Below are positions 46,142 through 54,168 of a DNA stretch of 64,000 nt, piece by piece (positions within the stretch are counted from its first letter, which is position 1; every line of letters starts with the position of its first letter). Made by a program: the position numbers and the translations under genes. This DNA is from a virus (Duplodnaviria; Caudoviricetes). The stretch spans positions 1 to 64,000 of IMG/VR virus record IMGVR_UViG_3300036793_000172; one strand, 5' to 3'. A model generated the notes under the pieces. The model saw nothing but the letters and a program-made list of their open reading frames with translations, ran no database searches and was not told the DNA's origin.

Positions 46142-47013
46142 GTAGTCGGCGGGCTGGTGGTGGGCGTCTGCTCGCACCGGAGGTACGTCGGGCCGGTCGG
46201 GTTGCCCAGTGCGTCGGTGTCCTGGTGCTGCTGGGCCGTGTAGCCGTCCGGGCACGTCGGTCCGGGCTGTCCCTGCGCGCCTTGCTGGCCGGTGGCACCC
46301 GTCGCTCCTGTGGCTCCGGTGTCGCCCTTCACGCCCTGCTGTCCCTGGGCGCCAGTCGCGCCGGTCGCACCCGTATCGCCCTTCACGCCCTGCCCCCCCG
46401 TATCACCTTTTGGGCCAGTCACCGGCGGAGGAATCAACGGTTTGATCAAGTCGGTGAGGTGTTGATCCGACGGGGGCGCGGGGATGAGCGGTTTGATGAT
46501 CGCCAGAAGTTCTTCCGTCGTTGGCGTATGGCCGTTCTGCGGCGGATTCTCGGTGATAACCTGGCGAATGAGAGCACGTAGTTGATCGTCAGTAGGGGTA
46601 AGACCCGGGGTGCCGGAAGGGCCGACAGGGCCCGGGGCGGGAACGGTGGCGACCGGTTTCCCGCCCAGTGCACGCACCTGGTTCTCCAGGGCGTTGCCGT
46701 CTCCCTGCACCTTCGACAACTGGGCTTCGAGCGAGTTGATGTGGCTCTGGTTGTCGGCCGTGGTGCTCTGGATCGCCGTGGTGCGGGCGAACGAGAACAC
46801 CACGGCGATGATGAGAGCACCGAGGACCATCAAGCCAGCGATGCGCCAGCGGCGATCGGTGCGGTCCATCTTGCGCAGGTCGGCGTCACGTGCCTCGATC
46901 TGATCCATCAGGTGCGCAGCACGAGCGCTGACGCGGTACCCGTCGTCACGTTCCACAACGGGGGAGAAGCGGCCGTCTTCCAGGCTTTCTGTCTCAGGTT
47001 CGGTGTGCCGCAT
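46138..47013 (-). CDS. Membrane-anchored coiled-coil plus collagen-like (GXY) protein, 291 aa
   Basis: TM segment [20 protein letters not shown], a coiled coil, and about 17 GXY triplets (about 46259-46417). SD GGAG. Confidence 0.82.
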   Translation of the reverse strand: MRHTEPETESLEDGRFSPVVERDDGYRVSARAAHLMDQIEARDADLRKMDRTDRRWRIAGLMVLGALIIAVVFSFARTTAIQSTTADNQSHINSLEAQLSKVQGDGNALENQVRALGGKPVATVPAPGPVGPSGTPGLTPTDDQLRALIRQVITENPPQNGHTPTTEELLAIIKPLIPAPPSDQHLTDLIKPLIPPPVTGPKGDTGGQGVKGDTGATGATGAQGQQGVKGDTGATGATGATGQQGAQGQPGPTCPDGYTAQQHQDTDALGNPTGPTYLRCEQTPTTSPPTT

Positions 47014-47016
47014 GAT

Positions 47017-47367
47017 TTACTCCGGGACCACAGGGGCCCGTGGGGGGATCGGAATATCGTGTCGTACGAGCAGCCGTTCTAGTGTCGCACTCCAAGTGGC
47101 CTCCCGCTCATAAGCCTGTCGCATGACTTCTCGGTTCGTCCGGGCTTCCACGGCGTCGAGCCGGGCCTCCCGGGCGTCCTTCTGGGCTTCTTCGCGCTCG
47201 GCGAGCATGCGCGCGTTGTCGTCTTTGAGGGCCTTATAGTCGTCCTGGCGTACTTCACGCAAGTGCAGGCGCTTCTGATTGCGTGCGTCGTAGATCGTCT
47301 TGAGGAGCGTTCCGCCGACGAGGGCGACGATCACACTGCCGATGATCTGCCAGACTTCAGGAGTCAT
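47017..47367 (-). CDS. Single-TM coiled-coil protein, 116 aa
   Basis: VWQIIGSVIVALVGG TM segment followed by a charged helix. Start reassigned to ATG 47367. Confidence 0.72.
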   Translation of the reverse strand: MTPEVWQIIGSVIVALVGGTLLKTIYDARNQKRLHLREVRQDDYKALKDDNARMLAEREEAQKDAREARLDAVEARTNREVMRQAYEREATWSATLERLLVRHDIPIPPRAPVVPE

Positions 47368-47773
47368 CGCTATCATCACCCCCGTCGCGGAAAAGGTAAT
47401 TGACAGTCCGGTAGCGCTCAAGCACCCAGCCGCCACTCGCCAAGATCAAACACACGATGACGATGGTTCCGGACACCGAGGCGACCTGGCTGGAGAACAT
47501 CTTCCAGACCAGCGCCGCCGCGTAGATGGTGGTGCCGCCCATGATCATCGGAAGCCCCAGTTGCTCGTAAAAGGGGCGATCAGTCGTCACGGCGATCAGC
47601 GAGAGCGCGCCGCCGATGACGAGAAAAGCAAACCTAATCGTGTTAGGCCATTCCGGGTCTGTGAACGTCGCGGAAGGCGGGGGAGAGATCAATCCCACGA
47701 CCCCCGCCAAGATCAGCAAGACGTAAATGCCGCCCTGGATCCACCGCGACGCCCTGCCAACCCTGGTGATCAC
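47357..47773 (-). CDS. Four-TM membrane protein, 138 aa
   Basis: Four hydrophobic segments. The GTG start directly follows the upstream TAA. Confidence 0.75.
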   Translation of the reverse strand: MITRVGRASRWIQGGIYVLLILAGVVGLISPPPSATFTDPEWPNTIRFAFLVIGGALSLIAVTTDRPFYEQLGLPMIMGGTTIYAAALVWKMFSSQVASVSGTIVIVCLILASGGWVLERYRTVNYLFRDGGDDSDDS

Positions 47774-47935
47774 TTAATGCCCGAATCCAGTCACCCCGAT
47801 GAGCAGAGCAACGGTGACGAGGATGACGGACAGTTGCAGCAGGATGTGGCGGCGGTACTCCGTGGTGTACCACAGGAGCAGGTCGAGACCCGCCAAAATC
47901 AGTGCGACGATGACAAGAATATTTCCGATGGTCAT
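47774..47935 (-). CDS. Small two-TM membrane protein, 53 aa (not in the ORF track)
   Basis: Hand translation gives MTIGNILVIVALILAGLDLLLWYTTEYRRHILLQLSVILVTVALLIGVTGFGH. SD AGAGGAG. Confidence 0.72.
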   Translation of the reverse strand: MTIGNILVIVALILAGLDLLLWYTTEYRRHILLQLSVILVTVALLIGVTGFGH

Positions 47936-47947
47936 GACCATTCTCCT

Positions 47948-48367
47948 CTAACCGTTGATGGTCGGGAATTGTGCCAAGATGCCCTTTACCGCGACCTGGA
48001 TGTCATCATCGCTCAACTCGACGGTGGGGTCATCATTGAATTTCCGCATCAGGGCTTTGAACCCGACGAGGTGTTGGGGTGTGTCGTAGTCCTCGACGAA
48101 ATCGTGCTGGTCGATCGTGTCCTGGACGACCTTCTTGTCCAGCGTGTTCGGCATGACCCACAGCGTGCCGTCAGTGGAGAACGGCACCTCGGTCACGAGC
48201 GTCGCCATGCAGTTCTCGCCAGCGGCCTTGCTCAGCTCGCTCTGGAACTGCACGAGGCCGATCTTCTTGTCGACCTCGAAGCTCAGCGCACCGGGCCACG
48301 GCTCGTAAGGCTGATCGGCGTCGGCTGCCTGCGGGGCCTCTTCCGGCTCCGTTTCCACGCTGCTCAT
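47948..48367 (-). CDS. Acidic hypothetical protein, 139 aa
   Basis: SD AGGGAG. Packed in the operon. Confidence 0.72.
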   Translation of the reverse strand: MSSVETEPEEAPQAADADQPYEPWPGALSFEVDKKIGLVQFQSELSKAAGENCMATLVTEVPFSTDGTLWVMPNTLDKKVVQDTIDQHDFVEDYDTPQHLVGFKALMRKFNDDPTVELSDDDIQVAVKGILAQFPTING

Positions 48368-48378
48368 ATTTCTCCCTA

Positions 48379-51300
48379 TTACATAAACAGTTCTTCAGGG
48401 TCCTCGGAATCCATTCCAAGGGCCTTACTGAGGGCTTCGTAGTGGGTGCCCTCGATCTTGAGATCGCCGAAGTTGCGGGCTCGGGCGCCGTCGCGGGCAC
48501 CCTCGTTGATCAGGTCCTGCTGCTCGGCGAAGTCGAAGTCACGCAGGGCGGACTTCTGCAAACCCTTGTCCTGTGCCAAGTAGGCCCGCGCCGAGGCGGT
48601 GAAGTCGAAGCTCACGTCGTTCCCTTCCTGCTTCGCCGGGGTGGCCCCGGTCATGATCCCTTGCGCGGCGGCCGTGGCCTGGAAGCTGGCCACGATGTCG
48701 CCGACCGAGCCGGTGAACTGGTTCGGTGTGGCCGAGCCCTCGTCGGCGTCGATCGAGGAGGCGGTCTCCGGCGGCTGGTACTGCGCGATCGGGTTGTCCG
48801 GCACCGGGTCCTCGGCGCCACCGTCCGTGGACGGCAGTGCGGGCTCCGGCTCCTCGTGCAAGGTCCCGTAGTAGCCCATGGAGTCGTAGGAGTCCGACGA
48901 GAGCAGGTTGGTCGGCACCTCGTCCTCGTTGTTCCAGCTCTTCGGGTCCTCGCTGGTGGCGAAGCCGGTCGAGCCGGGGTTCTGCGAGTTCGAGTGCAGG
49001 GGCGCGGCGTAGGGGAAACCGGGCTGGTCGTCCTCGCCCTGCAACGGCGACCACGAGTCGTGCGCGGCCGTCTTCTGCTCACCCGCCTTGGCGATCTCGT
49101 TCCACGGCGCCGACTTCATTTCCTTACGGAGCGCAGGGTTTTTCTTCGCGTGGTCGATGTCCCACCACGCGGCCTGCTCGTGGCAGTCGCCCTTGGGGTC
49201 GTCCGGGTTGGGGATGACCCTGCCATCCTTCATGGACAAGTCCTTTTCGGACGGGATAACCACCACGTGGCCTTGGTACACACCGTTCGGGGAAGTCCAG
49301 GTGTGGTGGACCACGCCGCCCTCGGGGAACTTCTGGCCGACCTCCTCTTCCCACTCGCGGACGGCCGCGTGCAGGCTCGTGGTGTCGCCCTCCTCGTGGT
49401 GACCGCCGGGCAGCTCCCACGTGCCGCGCGCCGGGTCCTTCTCGTCGTCGAGCCCGCGCTGGAGCATGAGGATGCGGCCCGTGTCGGCGGCCTTCAGTGC
49501 GACGCCGGAGACGGTGGGGCCGTCCTTCTTGGCCGCGAGCACCGGGCCCAGCTCGTCAACGTCCACCAGACCCATCTCGTCATCGAGGCCTCCGGTGTGC
49601 AACGAACTGGTGTCGGAGATGCCGCCGGACATCATCGGGCCCATGTCCGGGTTCTGATCCGAGACCGGGTCGGCCGTGTGCCCTTGACCGTCCTCGGCGA
49701 CCTGTCCCGTGCCGCCGCAGTGGCCGCAGCCCCAACCGGCGCACTGCGGGCAGTTGGTAAGCGGCAGCCCGATCCAGGAGGGGATGCCGTAGCCGAAGTC
49801 GGGCGCGTGCCGCCGGGTGTCGTTGGTCTTGTGGTGCTTGCGCCGTTCGTCGTCGATGACCGAGCCGATGAAGCCGATGGCGTGGCCACAGTGCGAGCAC
49901 TTGTGCTTCTCGATGGCCTCTTCGGTCAGCGTGCCGCCGCAGTACGGGCACTTGCGGCGGTGCTCTTCGTCCTCTTCCTCGGCGACCATCTGCAAAGCGG
50001 CCGAGTGCGTGAGCCCGTACGCCATAAGGATCTTCATGACATCGGCGGGATCGTCGTCGTTGTCGAGCATCGCGCTCGCGATCGTCGACAAGGGACTGTC
50101 GGAGATGCCGGGCACCTCGTCCGGCTCGTGCGCCTCGCCGAAGACGAGAGCCCCGAGCTTGATCTCCCGGCCGAACATGCCCCGGCTCTGCGCCTCGTAC
50201 ATCAGCGCGAGCGAGTGCGAGCACTGGCGGCCGTGGAACCGCAGCCGGTCCCAGGCCCAGTCGCCCCACTTGCAGTCGCACGACCAGTCAGCGATCTTGA
50301 AGGTGCCGGGCCGGTAGGTGATGTAGTTCTGGTACGCGCCGTGGTCGCCCTGGACCTCACCGGCCAGCCCCTCGGTGGTGGCGACCTTGATGTTCACCTT
50401 GCCCTCGCGGCGGATGCGCTTGGCCTTGTTGCGCACGTCCGTCCAGCTCGCGACGACCTGGAACCGGAACTCCTCGTCCTTGCGGGCGGTGCGCAGCATC
50501 AGGGCCGCTGCCTCAGGTGCGATCTGAGGCCTTTGCGACCGTCCCCGACGTGCGTAGTCGTCCATTGCCTTCTGACGACGCTCCTGGCGCTCCTCGGGTG
50601 TCTCCTGGGGCTTCTGCTGCTTCGGGGCACGCGGAGGGGACGGGTACGGGCAGTACCTGTCCGTGCAGTACTTGGTCTTGACGCCGTCCGGATGGTCGGT
50701 GGTCTCCAGGTGCTCCCTGATCTGGCTCTTGAGGAACTGCCGGTTCTCCTCGTGCTGGCGGGCCAGCTCCTCATCGGACACCGCATCGGCGTGACCGGAG
50801 CCGCCGCAGGCCTCACACGTTTCCCGGCGCATCCGGTAGGCGTCCGGGTCCTCCTCCGGGTGAACGCCCGGCTTCTCCTGGTAGTCCGGGTTCTCTTCTT
50901 CAATGTCGTAGTGGCCGTTGCCCTCGCACTCCGGGCACGGACCGGCGGGGATCGCGCTCTCGTGCCGCAGCGACGCGCGGTAGAAGGTGCTCTCCGCCAG
51001 GTTCCGTTGCAGCTGCGTCGGCCGGTAGAGGTCCTTCTTGTCGGCGTTGTCCGGGTGGTCGAGGTCGAGCTTCGGGTCGCCCGGGTCCTGGTAGCTGTTC
51101 CACCACTTCTGCCCGGCTGGCGACCGGCCGCCGTGGTCGAACATGTGGGTCGGGTGCTGACGCCGCAGCTCGTCCTGCATGGCGCTGCCGTAGCCCTTGC
51201 CCCGGCTCTCCTCGTCATAGACCTTCATGTCGTGGATGGCCAGGGCCGGGTGGGCTGGGTCGCCGGGCTTGGTCTTGGAGTAGTAGATCGTCCCCGCGAC

Positions 51301-52974
51301 TCCGGACCCGTGATTGGGCCCCTGATGCGGACCGTTGTGGATCTTGAAGAGGTGGTGCGACCAGCCCGGGTGAGTCTCTTCGCCTTCCTCGTGCCAGGGG
51401 TCGGCACGGCCCTCCCAGACCGGGTGGTCGTTGCCGGGTCCCACGGCGTTGTAAGTGGTGAAGTCGACCCCCGTGGGCGGCTCGGGGTGATTGCGCGACG
51501 GCATGGCGAGCTTCGAGCTGAGTTGACCGTCCATTTTGGATCCCTTGGCGCTCATCAAGGCTTGTGGACCCGGCTCGGAGATCGGGCACACCTGCTGCTC
51601 CCACCGGGTTGTCCATGGGCACGCACCACGGTTCTGAGGGACAGCCAACAGCGTGTTGTTGCGGTCGTTCGGGAAGGTGCACTGCGCCATGCGGCGCCAC
51701 GTGCACCAGTCGGGTCCATCGCTTGCTGCCGTCCGGCTGGTACCCGCGTCCCGGGACATCTCGGTCAGCGTGCACACGCCGTCGTCGTGGTGGCGGATCG
51801 CGTGATCGCGGTCGTGGTCCGGGAAGTCGCAATCGGTCGCCATCCCATACCGGGCGCCGTGCTTCTGCAACGTGCCGTGCACGTCGTAACCGGTGTCCTC
51901 GTCGTAGTGCGGGAAACCGTGCTTGTCCGCATCGTAGACGAGCGCCTGCACGGGTTCCTTACGCAGCAACGCGGACGCGGTGCGGTGGTGGCCTTCGACG
52001 GCGAAGAGGTTGTTCTCGTGCTTGACGAACATCGGGTGGTGCGTGCCGGGGTAGCTCTGCCCGACCTCGGTGACGCCGTGCTCTTTCACGTGCTGCACAT
52101 CATCGCCGGGGTTCTGCACGTACCTGTTCACATGCTTGTCCACCACGTACGGCTGGGTCGCGTACACGTGGTGCTTGGACAAGTCGACATTCCGGACTTC
52201 GCCCCTGTCGCGCCAATCCTGGTAATCGTTCTCGTTGTGGTTGGACAGCATGTGGTAGAGGCCCTCGTGATGAGCGACCGGCTTGATGTCGTTTTCCTTA
52301 TCCTGCTTGGCTTTCTCGTACGCCTCGCCGTGGCGCTCGTGGTATCCCGAGGGGTAGTCGTCGTAGTCCTCGTAATGCCCGCGCTCGTACGTGTTCGGAT
52401 CCGGTGCCGTGTCGTCCCACAGGTTCTCGTCGAAGCCGCCCTCGGGATGGCGACTGCCGTACAGGGCCCGGTCCTCTTCCTTGTGAAACTCGTGCTGACC
52501 CTCGTAGCCCTCGACGTAACCGGCGAAGCCAGCGTGCTTCACCGGCGTCAGCGTGTGCAGACGGCTGAAGTGCTGCTCGCCGGTGCGGTGGTCGTGGCCG
52601 AACCGGGTCAGCAGCGCGTGCGTCTCCGGGTCGGTGAGCTTCGAGATGCGGTCGTTGTTCGGCCGGGCAAGCGGGTCGTACACGGTCGCACCCGCGCCGC
52701 CGACGCCGCCGGAGCGGGGGTCGGCGTCCGGCTTCGGGTGGTTCGAGGGGTCGCCGATCAGCTCCGGCGTCCACTGTGCGCCGTCGTGCGCGGACATGGT
52801 GCCGCCGCACGCGGTGCACGTTGCCTGCCGGACCTTGCCGTTATCGGTCAGGTCGGTGAAGTCGTTCGCTCCGCAGTAGGAGCACGACGCGGGCTGCTCC
52901 TTGTTCGGCAGGACGGCCTCGGCTGGACCCGTGTTGTCCTGCTCCAACGCGAACTTGCGGAAGTTGAAGCCCAT
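48379..52974 (-). CDS. Large polyvalent protein: ParB-like, GNAT, SWIM Zn finger, Zn ribbons and Nudix hydrolase domains, 1531 aa
   Basis: ATQPYV...FAVEGHHR (ParB-like), IHDMKV.DEESRGKGYGSAM...SPAGQKWW (GNAT), WSCDC...CSH (SWIM), WELPGGHHEEGDTTSLHAAVREWEEEVG (Nudix box). Confidence 0.85.
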   Translation of the reverse strand: MGFNFRKFALEQDNTGPAEAVLPNKEQPASCSYCGANDFTDLTDNGKVRQATCTACGGTMSAHDGAQWTPELIGDPSNHPKPDADPRSGGVGGAGATVYDPLARPNNDRISKLTDPETHALLTRFGHDHRTGEQHFSRLHTLTPVKHAGFAGYVEGYEGQHEFHKEEDRALYGSRHPEGGFDENLWDDTAPDPNTYERGHYEDYDDYPSGYHERHGEAYEKAKQDKENDIKPVAHHEGLYHMLSNHNENDYQDWRDRGEVRNVDLSKHHVYATQPYVVDKHVNRYVQNPGDDVQHVKEHGVTEVGQSYPGTHHPMFVKHENNLFAVEGHHRTASALLRKEPVQALVYDADKHGFPHYDEDTGYDVHGTLQKHGARYGMATDCDFPDHDRDHAIRHHDDGVCTLTEMSRDAGTSRTAASDGPDWCTWRRMAQCTFPNDRNNTLLAVPQNRGACPWTTRWEQQVCPISEPGPQALMSAKGSKMDGQLSSKLAMPSRNHPEPPTGVDFTTYNAVGPGNDHPVWEGRADPWHEEGEETHPGWSHHLFKIHNGPHQGPNHGSGVAGTIYYSKTKPGDPAHPALAIHDMKVYDEESRGKGYGSAMQDELRRQHPTHMFDHGGRSPAGQKWWNSYQDPGDPKLDLDHPDNADKKDLYRPTQLQRNLAESTFYRASLRHESAIPAGPCPECEGNGHYDIEEENPDYQEKPGVHPEEDPDAYRMRRETCEACGGSGHADAVSDEELARQHEENRQFLKSQIREHLETTDHPDGVKTKYCTDRYCPYPSPPRAPKQQKPQETPEERQERRQKAMDDYARRGRSQRPQIAPEAAALMLRTARKDEEFRFQVVASWTDVRNKAKRIRREGKVNIKVATTEGLAGEVQGDHGAYQNYITYRPGTFKIADWSCDCKWGDWAWDRLRFHGRQCSHSLALMYEAQSRGMFGREIKLGALVFGEAHEPDEVPGISDSPLSTIASAMLDNDDDPADVMKILMAYGLTHSAALQMVAEEEDEEHRRKCPYCGGTLTEEAIEKHKCSHCGHAIGFIGSVIDDERRKHHKTNDTRRHAPDFGYGIPSWIGLPLTNCPQCAGWGCGHCGGTGQVAEDGQGHTADPVSDQNPDMGPMMSGGISDTSSLHTGGLDDEMGLVDVDELGPVLAAKKDGPTVSGVALKAADTGRILMLQRGLDDEKDPARGTWELPGGHHEEGDTTSLHAAVREWEEEVGQKFPEGGVVHHTWTSPNGVYQGHVVVIPSEKDLSMKDGRVIPNPDDPKGDCHEQAAWWDIDHAKKNPALRKEMKSAPWNEIAKAGEQKTAAHDSWSPLQGEDDQPGFPYAAPLHSNSQNPGSTGFATSEDPKSWNNEDEVPTNLLSSDSYDSMGYYGTLHEEPEPALPSTDGGAEDPVPDNPIAQYQPPETASSIDADEGSATPNQFTGSVGDIVASFQATAAAQGIMTGATPAKQEGNDVSFDFTASARAYLAQDKGLQKSALRDFDFAEQQDLINEGARDGARARNFGDLKIEGTHYEALSKALGMDSEDPEELFM

Positions 52975-52975
52975 C

Positions 52976-53893
52976 TCAGAAGGCCTTCTCGGGGAACCGG
53001 TGTGTTGCTAGACTACACACATGATCAACCTTGCCAAGGTCGGCAGCCGTGGCCCCCGGAAGTCGATCGAGGACCGCTTCTGGAGCAAGGTGACTCGCGC
53101 AGGTGAGACAGATTGCTGGCTGTGGACCGGTGCGACTACCCGCCTCGGATACGGCAATTTTTGGGATGGCACCTACACCGCCCGAGGTCGCCCACGCATG
53201 GTCGAGGCTCACCGCTGGGCCTACTCCCACTTCGTGGTTCCGCCCGGCGAGATGCACGTGCGACACGCCTGCGACGTTCGTGCCTGCGTGAACTTCACGG
53301 CACACCTGCTGCTGGGGACGATCGGAGATAACATTCGCGATCGCGAGGAGCGAGGACGCGGGGTAATCCCTGACAACCGAGGCTTTGCCCGAGGCAAGGG
53401 CGCGAAGCTCACTGCGGATCAAGTCCGCGCCATCCGCGCCGCCAGCACCGGCGCTTGGGGTGAGCAAGGCCGATTGGCGACGGAGTTCGGAGTTTCCCGC
53501 CAGATGATCGGAAGCATCCTCAGCGGGCGACGCTGGGTTGAGTGATGCCCGGACCTGACGAGCAGGATCGGGACGATCGAACAACACGGTTCCGAGTTCT
53601 TCATAGTCGTCCGACGCGAGATGATGCTCGCTCGCGGTCGTCTGCGCGGCCGTACTCAGCTGGGACGCGACGTAGGAGCCGCCGCCCATGCCGTCGTCGA
53701 GCACGACCTGGTACTCCTCGGCCCCGGGCCACGGTCCGTCGAACACCGCCTCGACGGTGCCGAGGATGCCGTCAACGGTCATCACCCGCTGCGTCGGCTT
53801 GAAGTCCCAGTAGTCTTCCGAACTCACTCCACCGGTCTTCTGCACGCCGAGAGTGTCGTGGGCGATCCGGGTGTGCCGACCGCTGAAGTTCAT
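52976..53893 (-). CDS. Head-region protein; about 116 genuine N-terminal codons, then read-through antisense to the HNH gene
   Basis: SD GAGGAGG before ATG 53893. No stop until TGA 52976-52978, 1 nt before the 52974 start. Confidence 0.6.
   Translation of the reverse strand: MNFSGRHTRIAHDTLGVQKTGGVSSEDYWDFKPTQRVMTVDGILGTVEAVFDGPWPGAEEYQVVLDDGMGGGSYVASQLSTAAQTTASEHHLASDDYEELGTVLFDRPDPARQVRASLNPASPAEDASDHLAGNSELRRQSALLTPSAGAGGADGADLIRSELRALASGKASVVRDYPASSLLAIANVISDRPQQQVCREVHAGTNVAGVSHVHLAGRNHEVGVGPAVSLDHAWATSGGVGAIPKIAVSEAGSRTGPQPAICLTCASHLAPEAVLDRLPGATAADLGKVDHVCSLATHRFPEKAF
53000..53020 (+). promoter_or_regulatory. Extended -10 promoter for a leaderless HNH transcript
   Basis: TG-C-TAGACT (53006-53014) ends 6 nt before ATG 53021, with no SD. 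It sits inside a GTGTGT/ACACAC inverted repeat. Confidence 0.55.
53021..53545 (+). CDS. HNH homing endonuclease with C-terminal HTH, 174 aa
   Basis: FWSKV...CWLW.G...GYG...AHR...VRH.CD.RACVN..HL..GT..DN..D, then KLTADQVRAIR...LA.EFGVS...I..I..G..W. Opposite strand to its neighbours. Confidence 0.93.
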   Translation: MINLAKVGSRGPRKSIEDRFWSKVTRAGETDCWLWTGATTRLGYGNFWDGTYTARGRPRMVEAHRWAYSHFVVPPGEMHVRHACDVRACVNFTAHLLLGTIGDNIRDREERGRGVIPDNRGFARGKGAKLTADQVRAIRAASTGAWGEQGRLATEFGVSRQMIGSILSGRRWVE

Positions 53894-53908
53894 GGCTGCC
53901 TCCTCGCT

Positions 53909-53940
53909 TCTTAGATCGGCATTTCCGGGTCTCAGGCAGG
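53909..53940 (-). promoter_or_regulatory. Late-promoter-like motif copy (CCTGC-N22-TAAGA)
   Basis: Upstream of ATG 53893. Confidence 0.5.
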
Positions 53941-54168
53941 CCCTGCGCAACCTTTCTCGTCCTCGACGGCATCCACTACCGCCTGGGCGAGATCGATCGT
54001 GAACTGGACCGGCTTGCCCAGCAGCGAGCGGGAGGTCACGCAGACCTCGATGCCCGCGCGGAGGATGTCCCGCACGGGTCCGCGCAGTGTGGCCGGTTCG
54101 ATCACGTCGAGGTGCGCCAGGGCCGCCGACATCAGCGACGAGGCGCTGCGTGGGGAGTGCTCGTTCAT
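53932..54168 (-). CDS. Hypothetical protein, 78 aa
   Basis: ATGA overlap with the portal stop. Confidence 0.65.
   Translation of the reverse strand: MNEHSPRSASSLMSAALAHLDVIEPATLRGPVRDILRAGIEVCVTSRSLLGKPVQFTIDLAQAVVDAVEDEKGCAGPA

Noticed and set aside
46259-46417. Short tandem DNA repeats as a possible CRISPR array or VNTR
   Set aside because: They are explained by collagen GXY coding and there are no unique spacers.
47933-47941. Met-Val-Met dual start resembling lambda S holin/antiholin
   Set aside because: The first ATG is only 1 nt from the SD and there is no charged residue between the two Met codons. The second ATG alone explains it.
48442-53106. 1554-aa plus-strand ORF, and similar long ORFs such as 330-2087, 11745-14627, 15786-17882, 56597-58621 and 59918-62329
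   Set aside because: These are antisense shadow frames of real genes, expected in high-GC DNA. They have V/R/L/G-biased composition and no motifs or SD.
52976-53545. HNH as a group I intron-encoded endonuclease
   Set aside because: It is antisense to the host gene with almost no flanking sequence for a ribozyme core, and I recognised no P7-type elements. Only RT-PCR could fully exclude this.
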